From the NCBI RefSeq assembly GCF_009914755.1, contig NC_060932.1: a stretch of 64,000 bases of DNA; one strand, 5' to 3'. Under the pieces are notes generated by a model. It had not been told where the DNA came from, did not search any database, and was given only the letters and a program-made list of their open reading frames with translations. Both the position numbers and the translations under genes were made by a program. The DNA is from the human T2T-CHM13v2.0 reference genome, Homo sapiens. This document shows positions 60,858 through 64,000 of this stretch, in pieces (within the stretch, counting starts at the first letter, position 1; each line of letters begins with the position of its first letter).

Positions 60858-60904
60858 AGTATTTGACTGGAAAGGACTAAGACAGTCCTTTCCAGTCAAA
60901 TACT
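60858..60904. repeat. Perfect inverted repeat, 21-bp arms, 5-nt spacer
   Basis: AGTATTTGACTGGAAAGGACT-AAGAC-AGTCCTTTCCAGTCAAATACT. Confidence 0.95.
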
Positions 60905-61059
60905 CTGCCAGTAGGAGGAAGAATGACTACAAAGGTGAAGTAGCAATGACCTTTTATTAATAAGAGAGCAATGACCATTTCTAGCATCATCCTTATTCCT
61001 CTTTCTTCTAAACTTTTCTTTTCTTCTTTTTTTTTTTATTAGTTCTTACATTCCTGAAC

Positions 61060-61505
61060 AGGCACTGCCTCTTAACTCATAGTCCAAGGCAGAAATTAGG
61101 AGCCATCTTTGAGCTCCTCCTCTCCATCACCCCACATAAAATCAGTCATAAGTCTCAGAGTCTCTTCTTACTTCTCCTATACCCCTCCTCTCATCTCTCC
61201 ACCCACTAACACAACCTAAGATTGGGTGTTATCACCTCGAATTATACTTACTTATCCTTCAAGACTCAGTGAGTGGAACCTCTTCCTGGATGTGTTTCCT
61301 TAAAGCTCAACCCTGACAGGCTTCTAGAATAGTTCTTACCATCCTTTATATAATTGCTGACTTACTTTGTATATCTCTCCATCTCTCTACTGCAGTTTAG
61401 GCTCATGGAGAACAGGAGCAATGTCTTACTTAAATTTGTTTCCCAGCCTCCAGCACAGTGCCTCACACTCAAAACGGTTCTAAGTATTTGTGTGTTGAAT
61501 GTACT
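61060..61505 (+). mobile_element. L2 fragments
   Basis: GGAGCCATCTTTGAGCTCCTCCTCTCC, ATCCTTCAAGACTCAG, CCAGCACAGTGCC..AAGTATTTGTGTGTTGAATG. Confidence 0.6.
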
Positions 61506-62699
61506 CATTGCCCACCTGTTGTGTGTGAAGCACTGTGCTAATTTGGGCTTTGGGGTCAAGAAGAACCCACCTCCGCCCTCCAGGAGCTTCAACCTGATAA
61601 ACACAGAATGGAGTTATAAGAGAGGTGTCACATCAAGGGGATATAGAAAAGGAAAGCAGCACTCAAGAGACTAGAAAGGAAATCAAAGTAGTACCAAAAA
61701 TAAAAATAAAAAAGAGAGAGAGAGACAGAAAAACTTGAAAATGAGACAACTGTGGGAGGAACACTAAATTAGAGCAGAGCAGAGAAGACACAGAAAGGAA
61801 GAAGGTGCTGGAAAGTCTTCTTTCCCAAATTGTCAACTAAGTGATGAAGAGTTTATGTGGAAGGAAGCCAGAGAAGATGTGGTCTGGTCCAGCCATAGTT
61901 AAAATGGACAGAGAGAAGATTGATTGAATGAACAAACATATTAATTAATTAATGTTAAATATAAATTTAAATGGTTAGAAGGAAAGAGCTAATCAATTCT
62001 TTGTGAATTTTGCTCTCTCACCTTACTATAGTTTCTACTAAGTATGGCAGGAGATTTTAGGGTGAGTTATAAGAACATGCTTCTGTTTAGAAAAGAAACA
62101 AATTTAGCAAAAACCTACTCACAATCCAATATAATATTTCATGAGACAAGATCACAAGGCATAATACAAGATTTCACTGGATAGCATCAACAACAGAATA
62201 AGGCCCCAGCCCTGCAGGAACTGACAGTCTTACTTTTAACAAACTGAAAGTCATACAACACATTAAGAAGAAAATGAAATAGGCTCTGACTCCTTACAGA
62301 TATTAGACACATACAAAAAGGATAGAGAAATGAAGTATCATATTTTACACCAGATTGTGATGTTCTTGATCTTGTTCTTCTATGTAACCCCACAACCAAC
62401 TCAGAAGACAGGCATATAGTAATGAAACCAAGTGAAGAAAGCCTCTTAGAAAAGACAGACTTTAAAATAGAATATATGAATGGGAAGGATGACAAGGAAA
62501 GAAAATATTTCCTTCTTAGAAGATAAGTGAGATATGAATCATCATACCAACAGCATTAAAGATATAGGGAATATAAAATCACTTTGAATTGTTAAAATGA
62601 AAAAAAGTTCTGGGATTACAGACATGACCCTATTATTATTAACTACCTATTTCTTCTTCAAATTCCTTATTTCTTCTCCATTCTCCATTCCCTCTAATA

Positions 62700-63210
62700 C
62701 ATTTTTCCTCTTCTCAATTCCCCATTGGTAGACATTACTCAGTTCTCAGTCTTTAGTGCTCTTCTCTTTTCTCTTTCACCACACACAAATTACCTTTAAG
62801 ATCATCCTAAAATTCTTAGATTTGGTGCTATGTAGTTTTACACACACACACAATTTTCAGCCTGGGACTATTTATTTGAAAGTCACATCTAATGATATCT
62901 TTCAAACCCATTTATCCCCTTTTGTGTCCACAACCATTATCTAATCCAGACTGATATGACCTCTCATGTGGATTACTGCAACAGCTACCCAAGTCGGAGC
63001 CATCCCAGACACCACTGCCAAATCATTCTAAAATCATTCCTGGTTATCCCTTCCCAAATGCTCTCACGGTTCCCTCTAACCTACAGAATAGACTCCAAAC
63101 TTCTCACATGTATTTACAACTTTCCATTATCTGGCTCTGCCTATTCACCCATATTGTTACTTATGTCTCAAACAAAGCCTCTGTTCCTTCCAGGCCACCA
63201 AGTCTCTATC
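62700..63210 (+). mobile_element. L2 fragment
   Basis: CTCTCATGTGGATTACTGCAACAGC...CCTACAGAATAGACTCCAAACTTCT. Confidence 0.55.
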
Positions 63211-63640
63211 TGTCCAGTATCTTTGAAGAGCACAAGTCATAATGCTAACTGTGACTGATAGGATGGGAGCTTAAAGATATGAGGCAGCTTAATCTAGAAC
63301 ATTCTGCAAGAAAAGAAAAATGGGATTCAAACTCAAGTGTTCCTCACTCCAAAGCTGTCCTCTTAACCATTGGTATTACAGTCTTTTTCACCCAAAAGCT
63401 AGCACTTTTAACCACTACGCCCTGCCTTTTTTATTAATCAAAGCATGTATAACTTACCAAAAGAAAAAAAAACTGTCTAGCTCTGGTCTGGTTAATAACT
63501 CTATTAGCTAAGGCTTATACATTGTGCAATTTTCAAAGACAAGTACATATTGCTCTTTTACATAAATATGTGTGCTAAAAAGGATGAAAGTGTATTTGAT
63601 GGATCCTCACTCCTTGATGCAAAATTAAAAGTAGAAATTT

Positions 63641-63940
63641 GCTGGGCATGGTGGCTCATGTCTGCAGTCCCAGAGGTTTAGAAGGCTGAGGTGAGAGAAT
63701 CATTTGAGGCCAGGAGTTTGAGACCAGCTTAGGCAATATAGCCAGACCCCATCTCTACAAAAAATTTAAAAATTAGCCAGGCATGCTTTTGTGCACCTGT
63801 AGTTCCAGCTACTCTGGAGGCTGAGGTGAGAGAGTGGCTTGAGCTCAGGAGTTCAAGGCCGCAGTGAGCTACGATCAACCCACTGCACTCCAGCCTGGAT
63901 GACAGAGTAAGACCCTGTCTCTAAAAAAACAATAAAAATA
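63641..63940 (+). mobile_element. AluJ (Jo/Jr-like)
   Basis: GCTGGGCATGGTGGCTCATG...GAGGCCAGGAGTTTGAGACCAGC...GGAGTTCAAGGCCGCAGTGAGCTACGATC...GACCCTGTCTCT and A-rich tail. Confidence 0.92.
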
Positions 63941-64000
63941 ATGTAAAGGTCTCTATGGAATCAGAAAAAATTCTGTAAGCTAATGAAGACTTTTTAAAAA

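Overview
Primate (very probably human or great-ape) AT-rich genomic DNA from an intergenic or deep-intronic region. I found no supportable host protein-coding exon, RNA gene, CpG island or CRISPR array. Every long ORF is transposon-derived. The window holds a full-length but inactivated L1PA4/5-like element carrying a 3' transduction inside an 18-bp TSD, an older L1 whose 5'UTR is fused in frame to the RT domain by an internal deletion, and a 5'-truncated L1PA7-like copy. It also holds a full THE1 provirus nested in Tigger3a, an Arthur1/MER69 hAT element containing three further insertions, four Alus, several solo LTRs, MER DNA transposons, MIR/L2 relics and microsatellites. Several unique-looking, CpG-retaining blocks may be enhancers or non-coding exons, and four local inverted-repeat scars suggest template switching. 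Subfamily names come from recalled consensus sequences, not from a database search. I found no evidence for a genuinely new biological system. The best leads are the L1 3' transduction and the 5'UTR-RT fusion ORF.
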